From sequence record NC_061448.1: DNA of 64,000 bases. The stretch is one strand, 5' to 3'. This document shows, piece by piece, positions 55,191 to 64,000 of the stretch. The notes beneath the pieces were generated by a model. That model was not told where the DNA came from. It saw nothing but the letters and a program-made list of their open reading frames with translations, and did not search any database. The position numbers were made by a program, and so were the translations under genes. Numbering within the stretch: position 1 is the first letter of the stretch; each line of letters opens with the position of its first letter.

Positions 55191-56282
55191 TTATGCTCCT
55201 TGTCTCAGACGATAGTTGTTGATGATAGGAGTGTACGCTGCATTTGCACTCGCACCATAACCACCATTCACCTGCTGTACGGTCGTAGACACAGGTTTCT
55301 GAATTGCGTAGACAAACTGATCCACTTGCGTTCCATCGAGGAAGACTGTGTGCGTGTTGGTGGACGCATCGTACACATATTTGAAGTGAACGACACTGCC
55401 GGACCATAGAGCGGCATACGGTGAGATGGGACGAACAACCTTTGCAGGCGTACTGCTCTGGTTTGCGTTGTTCCAAATCAACAGACCCTTCTCGTTAGAG
55501 CGGTCGAATGCAATAGACAGTCGGTCTGTCAGACCTGTGCCAATTCGAAGCGGCGACCATTCAGCATAGTCAGCGTTACCTGACTGGTGATAATCACACT
55601 CGATAGTGAACGACTTGCTGCAATCGAAGTTCGGTACAGATGGGGTAGAGATGATACCGTTAGTACCCAAGTCGAAGCCTGAACCGTCGGCCATGATTTT
55701 GACATTCGAGGTAGTGAATGCAAGACCGGTGTAGTCAGTGAACGCACCAGTGTTGAAGCTACCTGTATCGAACGCTATTACTTCTGTGCCTGTCAAACCA
55801 GTAACGCCTGTAGTCTCAGTCCACATCTGCGTCAGGCTAATAGAGAACGCGAGAATGGTAATCTGCGTCTTGTAGCCGTTCGGGTCGAACTTAATGTTCA
55901 GGTCAGGATAGAGCAGAGTAACGTCAGTGCCCACAGTCAGACAGATAGGCAGGATGCCACCGAGAATCAGATTGGTTGGAACACCCTCTGCGGTTGCAGT
56001 AAGCAAACAGTCAGAGATAGACAGCTTATTACGGTCGATAGTGCGAACGCAGTTAGTGCCTTTAGCAAGCACGGTACAGATACCACTTGACGCAGCGAGA
56101 GCAGCATCGAACACATACCCAGCACCAGTAGCCGCCTGAAAGTTCAGGCACTTGTTAATGTCTGCTTCGGTGTAACCAGCATTGAGCTTCACCAGATAGC
56201 ATGACTTATCGTCCGCTGTAGTCTGAGCAAACAGGCGCGTCAACTGAGGCACAGCAGAGTTTGCGAATAACTTATAGTTCAT
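55191..56282 (-). CDS. virion protein with a C-terminal LamG/concanavalin-A-like domain
   Basis: SFTIECDY...WSGSVVHFKYVYD...TVFLDGTQV...INNYRL; start corrected. Confidence 0.7.
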   Translation of the reverse strand: MNYKLFANSAVPQLTRLFAQTTADDKSCYLVKLNAGYTEADINKCLNFQAATGAGYVFDAALAASSGICTVLAKGTNCVRTIDRNKLSISDCLLTATAEGVPTNLILGGILPICLTVGTDVTLLYPDLNIKFDPNGYKTQITILAFSISLTQMWTETTGVTGLTGTEVIAFDTGSFNTGAFTDYTGLAFTTSNVKIMADGSGFDLGTNGIISTPSVPNFDCSKSFTIECDYHQSGNADYAEWSPLRIGTGLTDRLSIAFDRSNEKGLLIWNNANQSSTPAKVVRPISPYAALWSGSVVHFKYVYDASTNTHTVFLDGTQVDQFVYAIQKPVSTTVQQVNGGYGASANAAYTPIINNYRLRQGA

Positions 56283-56283
56283 G

Positions 56284-57240
56284 TTATACCTCGGTAGACA
56301 GACGAAGCTGGGCGACAGAAGCGAACTCACCAGGACCGAGCGAAGTAGTCATCAACTCGATAGGCTTGCCACTACCAATCGCACCCACCTCACAGGCGAA
56401 GTAAGTAGGGACATAGCTGCCGTTAGCAAGAGCACCGTAGTTAGTGTCTTGGATAACCACCAGCGCTGTCTTGATTGTCTTGTACGCAGCATTGCGGCCA
56501 ATATCAGATGAAGTCACAGGCAGCACACGACGAGAGCCTGACGTCTGAATGAAGCGATAGCGTTTCGCAGCAGGAACAGCAGTGGCAATCATGTTGCCCT
56601 CTTGGTTCGCAGCAAGCGTCCACGCGACAGCAGTACCAACGACACCTGCATCGTCGATAGGAGCAATCGTACCAGCACATGCTGTAGACATATCGCTAAC
56701 GTCAGACAGCACAGAGTCAATCGTCACAGTGTAATCATAGGTCAGGTCGACAGTAGACAAGTGAATGCCCGGCATCAGTGCGTCGTGTGGAATACCTGCG
56801 TAATCCCACGGACGATAACCGGCAGCACCGATACCCCACAGTGCTTTGTTACCTGCATCGTTGCTGTTCGTGTACCCTGTTTGAATCTGAACAGACGCAG
56901 CGCCGTTATATCCGATAGGTCGTGCTTTAGAAGGGTAGTGGATAGTCGCACCGTTCTTGATCTCATACACATGACCTGAACGAGCTTTCCAACCTTCCTG
57001 CTGATCCATCAGAGGCAACAGACCTTCTGTTATAGGTCGAAGTGTCAGACGAGTAGCAGCAACAGCGTTATCGAACAGGTTGCGCATGTCGAGCAAATGC
57101 TGGGAGAAGTTACCCTGATCAGCCATCTCAGTGTCAAAGAAGAACACGTTGACAACATGACCATTAGCAGCGTTCGATGCCCAGCCGGAGCCAAGCGACA
57201 GCACACTGAAAGGCAGTAAGTTGTGTCCTAAGATGCGCAT
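56284..57240 (-). CDS. array virion protein, long type
   Basis: FFFD...LTYDYTVTIDSV...AAKRYRF...EVGAIGSGKPIEL. Confidence 0.7.
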   Translation of the reverse strand: MRILGHNLLPFSVLSLGSGWASNAANGHVVNVFFFDTEMADQGNFSQHLLDMRNLFDNAVAATRLTLRPITEGLLPLMDQQEGWKARSGHVYEIKNGATIHYPSKARPIGYNGAASVQIQTGYTNSNDAGNKALWGIGAAGYRPWDYAGIPHDALMPGIHLSTVDLTYDYTVTIDSVLSDVSDMSTACAGTIAPIDDAGVVGTAVAWTLAANQEGNMIATAVPAAKRYRFIQTSGSRRVLPVTSSDIGRNAAYKTIKTALVVIQDTNYGALANGSYVPTYFACEVGAIGSGKPIELMTTSLGPGEFASVAQLRLSTEV

Positions 57241-57737
57241 TAGAACTCCTTAGAATCTTTGACAACGGTAGCGAGGAACTTACCGTTACGCAGGTTGGAT
57301 GCAGACAGAATCAAGTCAGCACCGGAGCCAGCAGCACCGATAGTCAGAATCAAGAAGCCACCGTAAGGCGTGCTTGAGATATCCTTGTTGAAGACAATCA
57401 CGTTGTACGTGTTCAACAGGTCGCTGATAGTTCCAGCGAAGGTACCTTGCAGCGTAGCGCTCAGACGGAACTTATACTTATTTTCCTGACCGTGAATCCA
57501 ACGCACAGGGTTAACAGTAACAGAAGTCAGGTCAAGCACCGCTGTAGCACCTATTGCAGTCTGCACTGTAGTGCCGTCGGCAACAACAATGTTCGCAGGG
57601 TCAGGTACTTTAGCGAGGCAGATTGTCTTCTGCATGTTCGATAGGCCGTACTTCAACGGAGGATCAGTTGCAGGACGTTTACCCGCATCTGGAATCACAA
57701 TACCGTTGGCGACCAAAGGGAATGAAACTATTTCCAT
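57240..57737 (-). CDS. array virion protein, short type
   Basis: LTIGAAGSGADLIL motif. Confidence 0.72.
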   Translation of the reverse strand: MEIVSFPLVANGIVIPDAGKRPATDPPLKYGLSNMQKTICLAKVPDPANIVVADGTTVQTAIGATAVLDLTSVTVNPVRWIHGQENKYKFRLSATLQGTFAGTISDLLNTYNVIVFNKDISSTPYGGFLILTIGAAGSGADLILSASNLRNGKFLATVVKDSKEF

Positions 57738-57808
57738 TGTATATCTCCAGTTGACTCGCTTTAAATTACTGACAAGTGATCTTCATCAGGAATCAGTGTA
57801 GATGTTTA

Positions 57809-58702
57809 CTAAAGTTTAACAACAGGTGCATCGAGAAAGAATTTCTCATTCAGCATATTCTGTAGGCTAAGATTAATCACTTTGGTTCCACCAGCGCCTG
57901 TACTTGCGCTGTCATCATAATCTTCGCCTCGCTTGAGCACAATCATTTCATACTCTGTGGCGTCACCTGTTATCTTTCTTCGACGCGTACGGACAGCACC
58001 CATCCATGTGCAATAACTACTGCCACCGGAAACAACACCAGACATAGTGACGTTCTCTACTGGTCCTGAGTCTTTAGACACAGAGGTAACTGCCGCACTT
58101 CCGAATTGAAAGTTACTGAACGCACCTATACCCCACGCATTATTTGTCGTAATGTAGAATTTTCCACTAACAGATCTGTAGTTACCGAACTCGCTGCCGC
58201 TGTATTGAGTTTTTGACGACATACCTGAAAGTGTGTTCACATTAATGGTGGTTGTATAGAGACCGGCAATCGAGCCTCCTGCTTCGTACTTGTACGTTGT
58301 GAAGTTACCAGTTGCGAGTTGTCCGGTTCCTGTAGGAGGAACAAGAAAATACTTTATCTGACCGCCCGTGATTCTGGCATCAGTAGGAACTGAGTACCCC
58401 TTTCCATACGCGTAGCTATCTTCGAACAAAGTCCAACGTTGCCAATAATCTCTGACAGCACTAGTAATACCGAACGTAGGGATTTTATGTAGAACTACTG
58501 GGATGGTCGTGCTACGTACCGGACCAGACTGCACATAACTGTTAGTGGCTGCCACAGTCAGTGCAAAACAGTTAAAGGCTTGCTTGTACCAATCATCAAT
58601 GCTTTTAATAGAAGCAACATTGGTGCCACTATCAAACAGAAATAAACCATTCTGTAGAGAATCAGGTCGTACCGGCCTGTTAGAGAAGCTAACGAATTGC
58701 AT
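57809..58702 (-). CDS. array virion protein (G/S/T-rich)
   Basis: LFLFD N-terminal pattern. Confidence 0.7.
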   Translation of the reverse strand: MQFVSFSNRPVRPDSLQNGLFLFDSGTNVASIKSIDDWYKQAFNCFALTVAATNSYVQSGPVRSTTIPVVLHKIPTFGITSAVRDYWQRWTLFEDSYAYGKGYSVPTDARITGGQIKYFLVPPTGTGQLATGNFTTYKYEAGGSIAGLYTTTINVNTLSGMSSKTQYSGSEFGNYRSVSGKFYITTNNAWGIGAFSNFQFGSAAVTSVSKDSGPVENVTMSGVVSGGSSYCTWMGAVRTRRRKITGDATEYEMIVLKRGEDYDDSASTGAGGTKVINLSLQNMLNEKFFLDAPVVKL

Positions 58703-58712
58703 GGCATTTCCC

Positions 58713-59762
58713 TTAGAGCCTGTACCGACTCTCTATAAACAAACTTGAATATCCCTTAAGTGTAGCGCTCGGTATTTCATTCGGTACAATGTCGGACACA
58801 ACATCAAAGTCCACACTTGCCTTAGTCACGACAACATACACAGGTGCACCTTTCGCAAACGCGATTGCCATTGCTCCCCACTTGATTGCGTAAGCAGGAG
58901 TATCTGCATGAGTGCCTTGACCGAAGTAGCATTTGTCTACAGTGCTCGGTGAGTTGCTGTAGGCACCTGCGCTGTATGTCGTTGAATAAGACCAACCGCC
59001 ACCAGAGAAATAGTTCGTACCATACACACGAGTCTGATAGGGTTGAAACAGTCGAGGGAACGTTGTGTTTGCAAAGTTACCGTGATTATACGGCGTGTTG
59101 GCACTAGTGTTATTCAACGGCATTGTATTGACCGTAACAGTCGCAGTGTCCGCAGCAACATTGAACGAAGTAATGCCGACGTTCTGCAAGGACGACGTGA
59201 TGTTGTTTGACCAATAGCCTATTCCACTACCACCGCCACCCGTAATTGTACCGCTTGTACTCTGACTCATACCGACAGATGTTGTTGGTACAGAATACAC
59301 GCTCATGCTGTAGCCTGAACCATCAATAGCAGGCATCACCATATCGTTGTATGCAGGTACAAGAGGTGCAGGGTTGTTGTATGTGTCGAGCAGACTGCCT
59401 GTTCCCCATTGGGTAGTGCTTGTGTCATCATCCTTGCCAATAGCGTAGTATCGACAGAACATATCGAACGCAGACACAACACGGTTGCCGCCTGTATCAG
59501 AGTAGCCTGCTTTACGCACACCAGGAACATAGTTGTAGTACAGGTTGTTTCCCTTCCATCCTGCACCGCGAACACACTGCATCTGATTCTGGTCATCCAC
59601 CAGCGCACAGAACGAGCGAGACAGATTGAACTTACTGATTACATCAGGATAAGCTGACTTGTCTGTAGGAGGTTCCACGTCATCAGAGAACAAGAACATA
59701 CGGCGTCTGGCCATTTCGATCTTCTTCTCCAGCAACTGAGCTCCGTTAGATATGAAAAGCAT
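58713..59762 (-). CDS. array virion protein (G/S/T/Y/N-rich)
   Basis: MFLFSD N-terminal pattern; IKWGAMA. Confidence 0.7.
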   Translation of the reverse strand: MLFISNGAQLLEKKIEMARRRMFLFSDDVEPPTDKSAYPDVISKFNLSRSFCALVDDQNQMQCVRGAGWKGNNLYYNYVPGVRKAGYSDTGGNRVVSAFDMFCRYYAIGKDDDTSTTQWGTGSLLDTYNNPAPLVPAYNDMVMPAIDGSGYSMSVYSVPTTSVGMSQSTSGTITGGGGSGIGYWSNNITSSLQNVGITSFNVAADTATVTVNTMPLNNTSANTPYNHGNFANTTFPRLFQPYQTRVYGTNYFSGGGWSYSTTYSAGAYSNSPSTVDKCYFGQGTHADTPAYAIKWGAMAIAFAKGAPVYVVVTKASVDFDVVSDIVPNEIPSATLKGYSSLFIESRYRL

Positions 59763-59772
59763 AACTATTCCC

Positions 59773-60873
59773 TCATAGATTGATTGCTGTAGGACTATTC
59801 ACGTATGCAACAACACTGTCAGATACGATCAAGTCAGATACAGCAGCAATGTCCGTGCCAACCTGTTTTAGATCATCCTGCTCAGTGTCACCGATAGACA
59901 GAGACAGCAACTGTAGGCCAAAAGGATTCTCAAGCGCTATGGCTGCATGTTTAAGTATGCACGGAGGACTATCTTCGTTAGAGCCTACCATCTGTACATA
60001 CACAGGTTCATCATTATACATTGTGGGCCACGTCCCACCTAAGCCACTATAGGAGAAACGCACAGTCCCACCTCCTATAGGCCACATCTGTGTTTCGTTC
60101 TGAACGGCCATGAACATAATCGCAGGTATAGCGACTGAGTAAAACGCAGGCTGAACTATCTGCAACGCAGAACCATTACCGTAACTTTTAGATGTGTCCT
60201 GAGTCGTCAGATTTGTCTGAGTGAGCAAAGAGTTATTGCTCGGTGTATACGCACCAGCAGAAAACTGAATTGTATAACGATAGTTCCATCCAAGCCATGA
60301 ACTTGACTCACTCTTGGTAAGAGGCTGAGCCTGACCTCCAGCAAAACGGGGCACACACCAAACTCCACCTGTTGCGGCTTGTCGAATAGAAGCATTGACT
60401 GCTTGGGGAACGAAGTACATTCTGTTCTCAAGTTCATCCATCAGATTGCCGTATACTTGACCTATCACTTTGTTTATGAAAGGCGTAGACATATCAATGA
60501 GTGTGCCTTGAACAGTAGCACCTGCAACAACGGTACAGAAGCGTCGTGCATGGTCATCAAGTGTCTTGTTATCCGTGTTAGACCCGTAATAATACCAGTC
60601 TTTGCTTGTGGTATTCCTAGAGAAGCCTGACACGTCTGCGGTGTGTGCAAGATAATACTTGTTGTTCTTGATTCCTGACAGTGCAGTAGTCTTTAGCTTG
60701 TTGCCAGTTAATCCCCACGATGTTCCTCGGCAATTCGCTAGGCTCTTGAGCAACTCAGATCGAGACTGTTGCACCGTCGCTCTGTCCACAGTATCATCAA
60801 ACAGAAACATAGTGGACAGTGCATCCTTGCGCATCTTATTTGTCTTTACCGCGCCGACAGAATGAAATTGCAT
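59773..60873 (-). CDS. array virion protein
   Basis: MFLFDD N-terminal pattern; LKHAAIA...SIGDTEQDDL; start corrected. Confidence 0.7.
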   Translation of the reverse strand: MQFHSVGAVKTNKMRKDALSTMFLFDDTVDRATVQQSRSELLKSLANCRGTSWGLTGNKLKTTALSGIKNNKYYLAHTADVSGFSRNTTSKDWYYYGSNTDNKTLDDHARRFCTVVAGATVQGTLIDMSTPFINKVIGQVYGNLMDELENRMYFVPQAVNASIRQAATGGVWCVPRFAGGQAQPLTKSESSSWLGWNYRYTIQFSAGAYTPSNNSLLTQTNLTTQDTSKSYGNGSALQIVQPAFYSVAIPAIMFMAVQNETQMWPIGGGTVRFSYSGLGGTWPTMYNDEPVYVQMVGSNEDSPPCILKHAAIALENPFGLQLLSLSIGDTEQDDLKQVGTDIAAVSDLIVSDSVVAYVNSPTAINL

Positions 60874-60903
60874 ATCACACCCTTGAAAATTGTGGCACAA
60901 GGT

Positions 60904-60933
60904 AAAATGGCCCGTACCGTTAAGATACAGGCC
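60904..60933 (-). terminator. probable intrinsic terminator
   Basis: GGCCTGTATC-TTAAC-GGTACGGGCC-ATTTT. Confidence 0.6.
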
Positions 60934-60939
60934 AATAGG

Positions 60940-61521
60940 TTACACTAGCAGACGACCTGCGATAGTAATTGCGACGCCGTTCAGTGTAGTGTCAGCAGTG
61001 TCCGGTGCAATAACGCGAAGCTGATCGCCCGCGACCAGAATAATCTCTTGGTCTTGATAAGCTACTAGTGGTGCAAATACACCAGTCTTAGAGCCAGCAC
61101 CGAAAGTGATAGTACCAAGCTGAATGACAGCCTGAGTAGTCGTATCATATGCGCTTACTTTGAATGCGGAGATTGCAGTAGCAGCAACATCAGCAACGGC
61201 CATAGAGCCGGCAAAGTTTTTAATGATTGCGGTTGTGCGCACAGACAGGTAGCGAGCGATCTCCTGACCACCAGCGTAGCGCTTGAGAACACTCATGCCT
61301 ACGTCATAGGGATTTACAGACTGTAACTGATTAACCCACTTGCTGCGTACTTGAGAGTACACATACAGGCCAGGTTGACTAGCACCAGATACAGCAGTCA
61401 GGTTCCACACGCGCCCGTTGGAAGGGTTAGATGGAAAGGTAGGGCCAGATGAATTAGGGTCACCTGGTGCGCGGACGATCTGCGCTTGTTCGCCTGCGAG
61501 TTGAAGACCATACGTTAACAT
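60940..61521 (-). CDS. fibre-associated virion protein
   Basis: GPTFPSNPSNGRVW...LYVY...KWV N-terminal module and a beta-rich C-terminus. Confidence 0.7.
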   Translation of the reverse strand: MLTYGLQLAGEQAQIVRAPGDPNSSGPTFPSNPSNGRVWNLTAVSGASQPGLYVYSQVRSKWVNQLQSVNPYDVGMSVLKRYAGGQEIARYLSVRTTAIIKNFAGSMAVADVAATAISAFKVSAYDTTTQAVIQLGTITFGAGSKTGVFAPLVAYQDQEIILVAGDQLRVIAPDTADTTLNGVAITIAGRLLV

Positions 61522-61532
61522 TGTTTATCTCC

Positions 61533-61754
61533 TTAGGCGATTCGCACTTGACCCGTAACTGCATACGGGAAAGTAACTTTGACAGTATTGTCATCGACGA
61601 TAATCACATCGAGCGGAAGAACCTGATGAAGTTTCCCATCAGGCTGCATCGTTGCTGTAGTAATCGCGACCATACGACCGAAGTTATGCGTAATCGTCCA
61701 TTCAGAAGCGGCCTCTTCCTGTTTAAAGGTACGACCCATCGAATAGTTGATCAT
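61533..61754 (-). CDS. small virion protein with one W-x-I-x-HN repeat
   Basis: ASEWTITHNFG...VKVTF. Confidence 0.7.
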   Translation of the reverse strand: MINYSMGRTFKQEEAASEWTITHNFGRMVAITTATMQPDGKLHQVLPLDVIIVDDNTVKVTFPYAVTGQVRIA

Positions 61755-61765
61755 GCGAATCTCCC

Positions 61766-62362
61766 TTAGTACAGAATAACAGTACCAGACTCAGGATTCT
61801 CGAAAGTAATCGTAAGCTGGTTAGTGCTATCATGCACAATAGATTTCGGCTGTACTTCTTCCGTGCCTTGATAGACACGCACAGCAGGATTATAACCGAG
61901 GTTGTGAGTTACTACCCACGAAGCTGAATCTTCGAAAGATGCAGTGAACGCAACGGTAGGTGCAGGCTGACCGTTCTCAACACCAGACAGCAACACAGCA
62001 GTACCGGCAACGGGCTCAGGCCACAGAATGATTGTGGTGTCAGCGTCTTGTGCGTGAATAGAGGACGGCATAACAACATCACCATTCTCGTCGTAGCACT
62101 GAACGAGCGGCGTTGCGATGTTCATGTTGTGCTTCACTTCCCAGCGTGAAGATGCGGACGCTTGTGCGTAGCGGTACATCGTCATCTGTTGAGTCAGTGG
62201 AACCCAGATAGGCAGGTCACCTAACTCTACACAGAACATCAGGCGCTTGTCCATGAAGATAGCCATACCCGGTTGCGGGTTTTCAGGCCAATCTTGAACT
62301 TCTGCGAACTTGAAGTTCTTGATCGAGCCAAACTCTAAATCGAGCGTCCCGAGGACTTTCAT
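61766..62362 (-). CDS. virion protein with two W-x-V-x-HN repeats
   Basis: RWEVKHNMN and SWVVTHNLGYNPAV; start corrected. Confidence 0.72.
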   Translation of the reverse strand: MKVLGTLDLEFGSIKNFKFAEVQDWPENPQPGMAIFMDKRLMFCVELGDLPIWVPLTQQMTMYRYAQASASSRWEVKHNMNIATPLVQCYDENGDVVMPSSIHAQDADTTIILWPEPVAGTAVLLSGVENGQPAPTVAFTASFEDSASWVVTHNLGYNPAVRVYQGTEEVQPKSIVHDSTNQLTITFENPESGTVILY

Positions 62363-62381
62363 AAATCTTCTCCTGAAAGGT

Positions 62382-62410
62382 AAAAAGGGCAGGCAGATGC
62401 CCACCCCTTT
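62382..62410 (-). terminator. intrinsic terminator
   Basis: AAAGGGGTGGGC-ATCT-GCCTGCCCTTTTT. Confidence 0.75.
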
Positions 62411-62429
62411 ATTATGCTACTTAATCGAA

Positions 62430-64000
62430 TTACGCTTCTGGTTCAACGTAGGCGTTAGTACCAGTTACGAATGCGATTGCGACTTTCTTCGCAGTAGTCA
62501 GCTCGACACGCAGGCTGTTAGCGTCGATGAACACGATTTCATCAGGGATGATCTGATAACCAGTGTCATCAACAACGGTAACAGTACCGTACTTAACGCC
62601 AGCGTTGTGTGTGAAGGTGTGCGCAGTCGCAGCAGCATCACCAGCAGCAGTCTTATCGTACTGGTACAGTTTAGCAGCAGCGCCACCAGTAGAACCAGCG
62701 ATAGCGTCGTCAACGTACTTCTTGCTCACAGCAGAAGTGTCGGTCAGCGGGTCAGTACCAGTCAGGTTCAGCGCTTCAACATCACCGCCAGTTGCGTCGA
62801 TGAAGCCACCAGCAGTTTTAACCGCAGCAACGTCAACGATGATTTTGCTGTTATCGACGTCCTGTTTCAGGCCAGTGCCGAGGGCAGCAGGAGAAACTTC
62901 TGCGTAACCAACACCGCCTTCTGCGATTGCGATACCGTCAACGGTACGAGACAGACTAGAGCCGTCCAGTTTAACGCGAGTAGAACCGGCATTATCTTCC
63001 AGACCACCAGCAGCATCTAGCTTCGCAGTAACAGCGTTGCTAACGATCTGAACACCAGCGCCAACTTTAACGTTAACGACGTTGCCAGCTTTTTCCAGAC
63101 CGTCACCAGCGTTAAACTCAGAAGCACCGCCGAAGGTAGTCCAGATAGTACCGTCGAAGCGACGATATTCTTTGATCGCTTTAACCCAGGTCACAGCACC
63201 GCCAGCTTCGCTGTCAGTCGGGTCGAATACGATTTCGAACGCTGTGCCGTTGTAGCGCACGATCATGTTGTCAACCAGACCGGTGATGCTACCGAAGTTC
63301 GGGTTGATCTGGTCAGCGGCCAGAATGATGTACTGCTTGCCAGCTACCAGCTCTGGGTCGAGAGTACCGTCTTCCTGAATCGCGTCAGAGTCGTGCAGCC
63401 AGTCGATGCCAGCGATAGCGTTGTCAATATCGATCTTACGCGCAGCGTCGTTCGGGTTAGCAGGAGCAGCCAGGTTAGCAATGGTATTGCCGTCTGCGTC
63501 GAGGTCACCGGTCAGCTTGCCATTAGCAGCGTCCAGTTTACCCGCCAGCGCAGTTTCGTTCGCGTTAGCTTTGTTGCTAACAGCGGTGATCTGAGACTGG
63601 ATGTTAGAGCTTGCGCCGGACAGATAACCCAGTTCAGCAGCAGTAACGTTGGAGGTTTGCAGTTCGCTATCAGCGCCAGCAATCACAACGCCGTTCTCAG
63701 TCAGGCCGGAGATTTTGTCTTGCTTGGTAGCAACAACAGTCTCAACGTGTTTCTTAGAGACAGCAGCGTTATCACCAGAAGCAGACTGGTCAGGACCAGA
63801 CAGTTCGAGGTCAGCAGTCATCGCCACGGTACCGTCAGCAAGGATTGCACCTTCTACTGAACCGCCACCAGCGCCGAACTCTTTGATTTCAGTACCGTCG
63901 AAGTATTTGTACTTCTTATCGACGCTGTTGTACCAGATACGGGCTTCTTGCGATGCAACCAGATCGCCAACAGCCGGGTCGGCAGCCAGAACTTCTGGAC
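62430..64000 (-). CDS. long fibre or structural protein, 5'-truncated by the window edge
   Basis: The frame stays open to base 64000 (PEVLAADPAVG...). It contains IANLAAPANPNDAARK, AVSKKYVD, AGDGLEK repeats and a C-terminal HTFTHNAG repeat. Confidence 0.8.
   Translation of the reverse strand, partial: PEVLAADPAVGDLVASQEARIWYNSVDKKYKYFDGTEIKEFGAGGGSVEGAILADGTVAMTADLELSGPDQSASGDNAAVSKKHVETVVATKQDKISGLTENGVVIAGADSELQTSNVTAAELGYLSGASSNIQSQITAVSNKANANETALAGKLDAANGKLTGDLDADGNTIANLAAPANPNDAARKIDIDNAIAGIDWLHDSDAIQEDGTLDPELVAGKQYIILAADQINPNFGSITGLVDNMIVRYNGTAFEIVFDPTDSEAGGAVTWVKAIKEYRRFDGTIWTTFGGASEFNAGDGLEKAGNVVNVKVGAGVQIVSNAVTAKLDAAGGLEDNAGSTRVKLDGSSLSRTVDGIAIAEGGVGYAEVSPAALGTGLKQDVDNSKIIVDVAAVKTAGGFIDATGGDVEALNLTGTDPLTDTSAVSKKYVDDAIAGSTGGAAAKLYQYDKTAAGDAAATAHTFTHNAGVKYGTVTVVDDTGYQIIPDEIVFIDANSLRVELTTAKKVAIAFVTGTNAYVEPEA

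Noticed and set aside
48464-60873. Diversity-generating retroelement or invertible shufflon behind the paralog array
   Set aside because: No reverse transcriptase, invertase, near-identical template/variable repeats or crossover sites were seen; the paralogs are highly diverged.
1-64000. tRNA, rRNA, CRISPR array, IS element or integrase
   Set aside because: No cloverleaf/T-loop pattern, spaced repeat array, or transposase or recombinase motifs were seen by eye. tRNAscan-SE would settle the tRNA question.

Overview
This is a 64-kb segment of a large, probably jumbo, tailed dsDNA phage genome of about 50% GC. It is densely coding, and I saw no tRNA, rRNA or CRISPR array. Positions 1-47.0 kb are all on the + strand: a DnaB-like helicase (cut by the window edge), an intein-containing terminase large subunit, a probable portal, a 5'-3' exonuclease, a macrodomain, a six-gene enzymatic operon, a Dam-like methylase, dCMP deaminase, thymidylate synthase, MazG-, ASCH- and HD-domain proteins, a ParB-like gene, a C5-cytosine methyltransferase-fold enzyme with a second intein, and many small accessory genes. 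Positions 47.0-64 kb are on the - strand: a holin/spanin-like module, a 15-gene array of paralogous virion-type proteins and fibre genes, the last cut by the window edge. The layout suggests the 'hairy' jumbo myoviruses of Erwinia/Dickeya; this is inference from recollection, not a search. The main candidate system is a two-locus cytosine hypermodification pathway. Locus 1 (12234-17733) encodes a CmoA-type carboxy-SAM synthase, a GT-B glycosyltransferase, DUF1611, a PLP alanine racemase, a glutaminase-less asparagine-synthetase-like amide ligase and a Glu/Asp-racemase-like protein. Locus 2 (31936-34771) encodes the C5-MTase, whose motif X Asn is replaced by Arg (the carboxymethyltransferase signature) and whose catalytic Cys is the +1 residue of an intein. 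The predicted product is 5-carboxymethylcytosine amidated with a D-amino acid and possibly glycosylated or acylated. Other notable items are a free-standing 48-aa peptide carrying the ribonucleotide-reductase C-terminal CxxxxC tail, an 8-aa micropeptide with a strong ribosome-binding site, and a recurrent CTGTAAA promoter-like motif. All family calls come from motifs recognised by eye; no database search was run.
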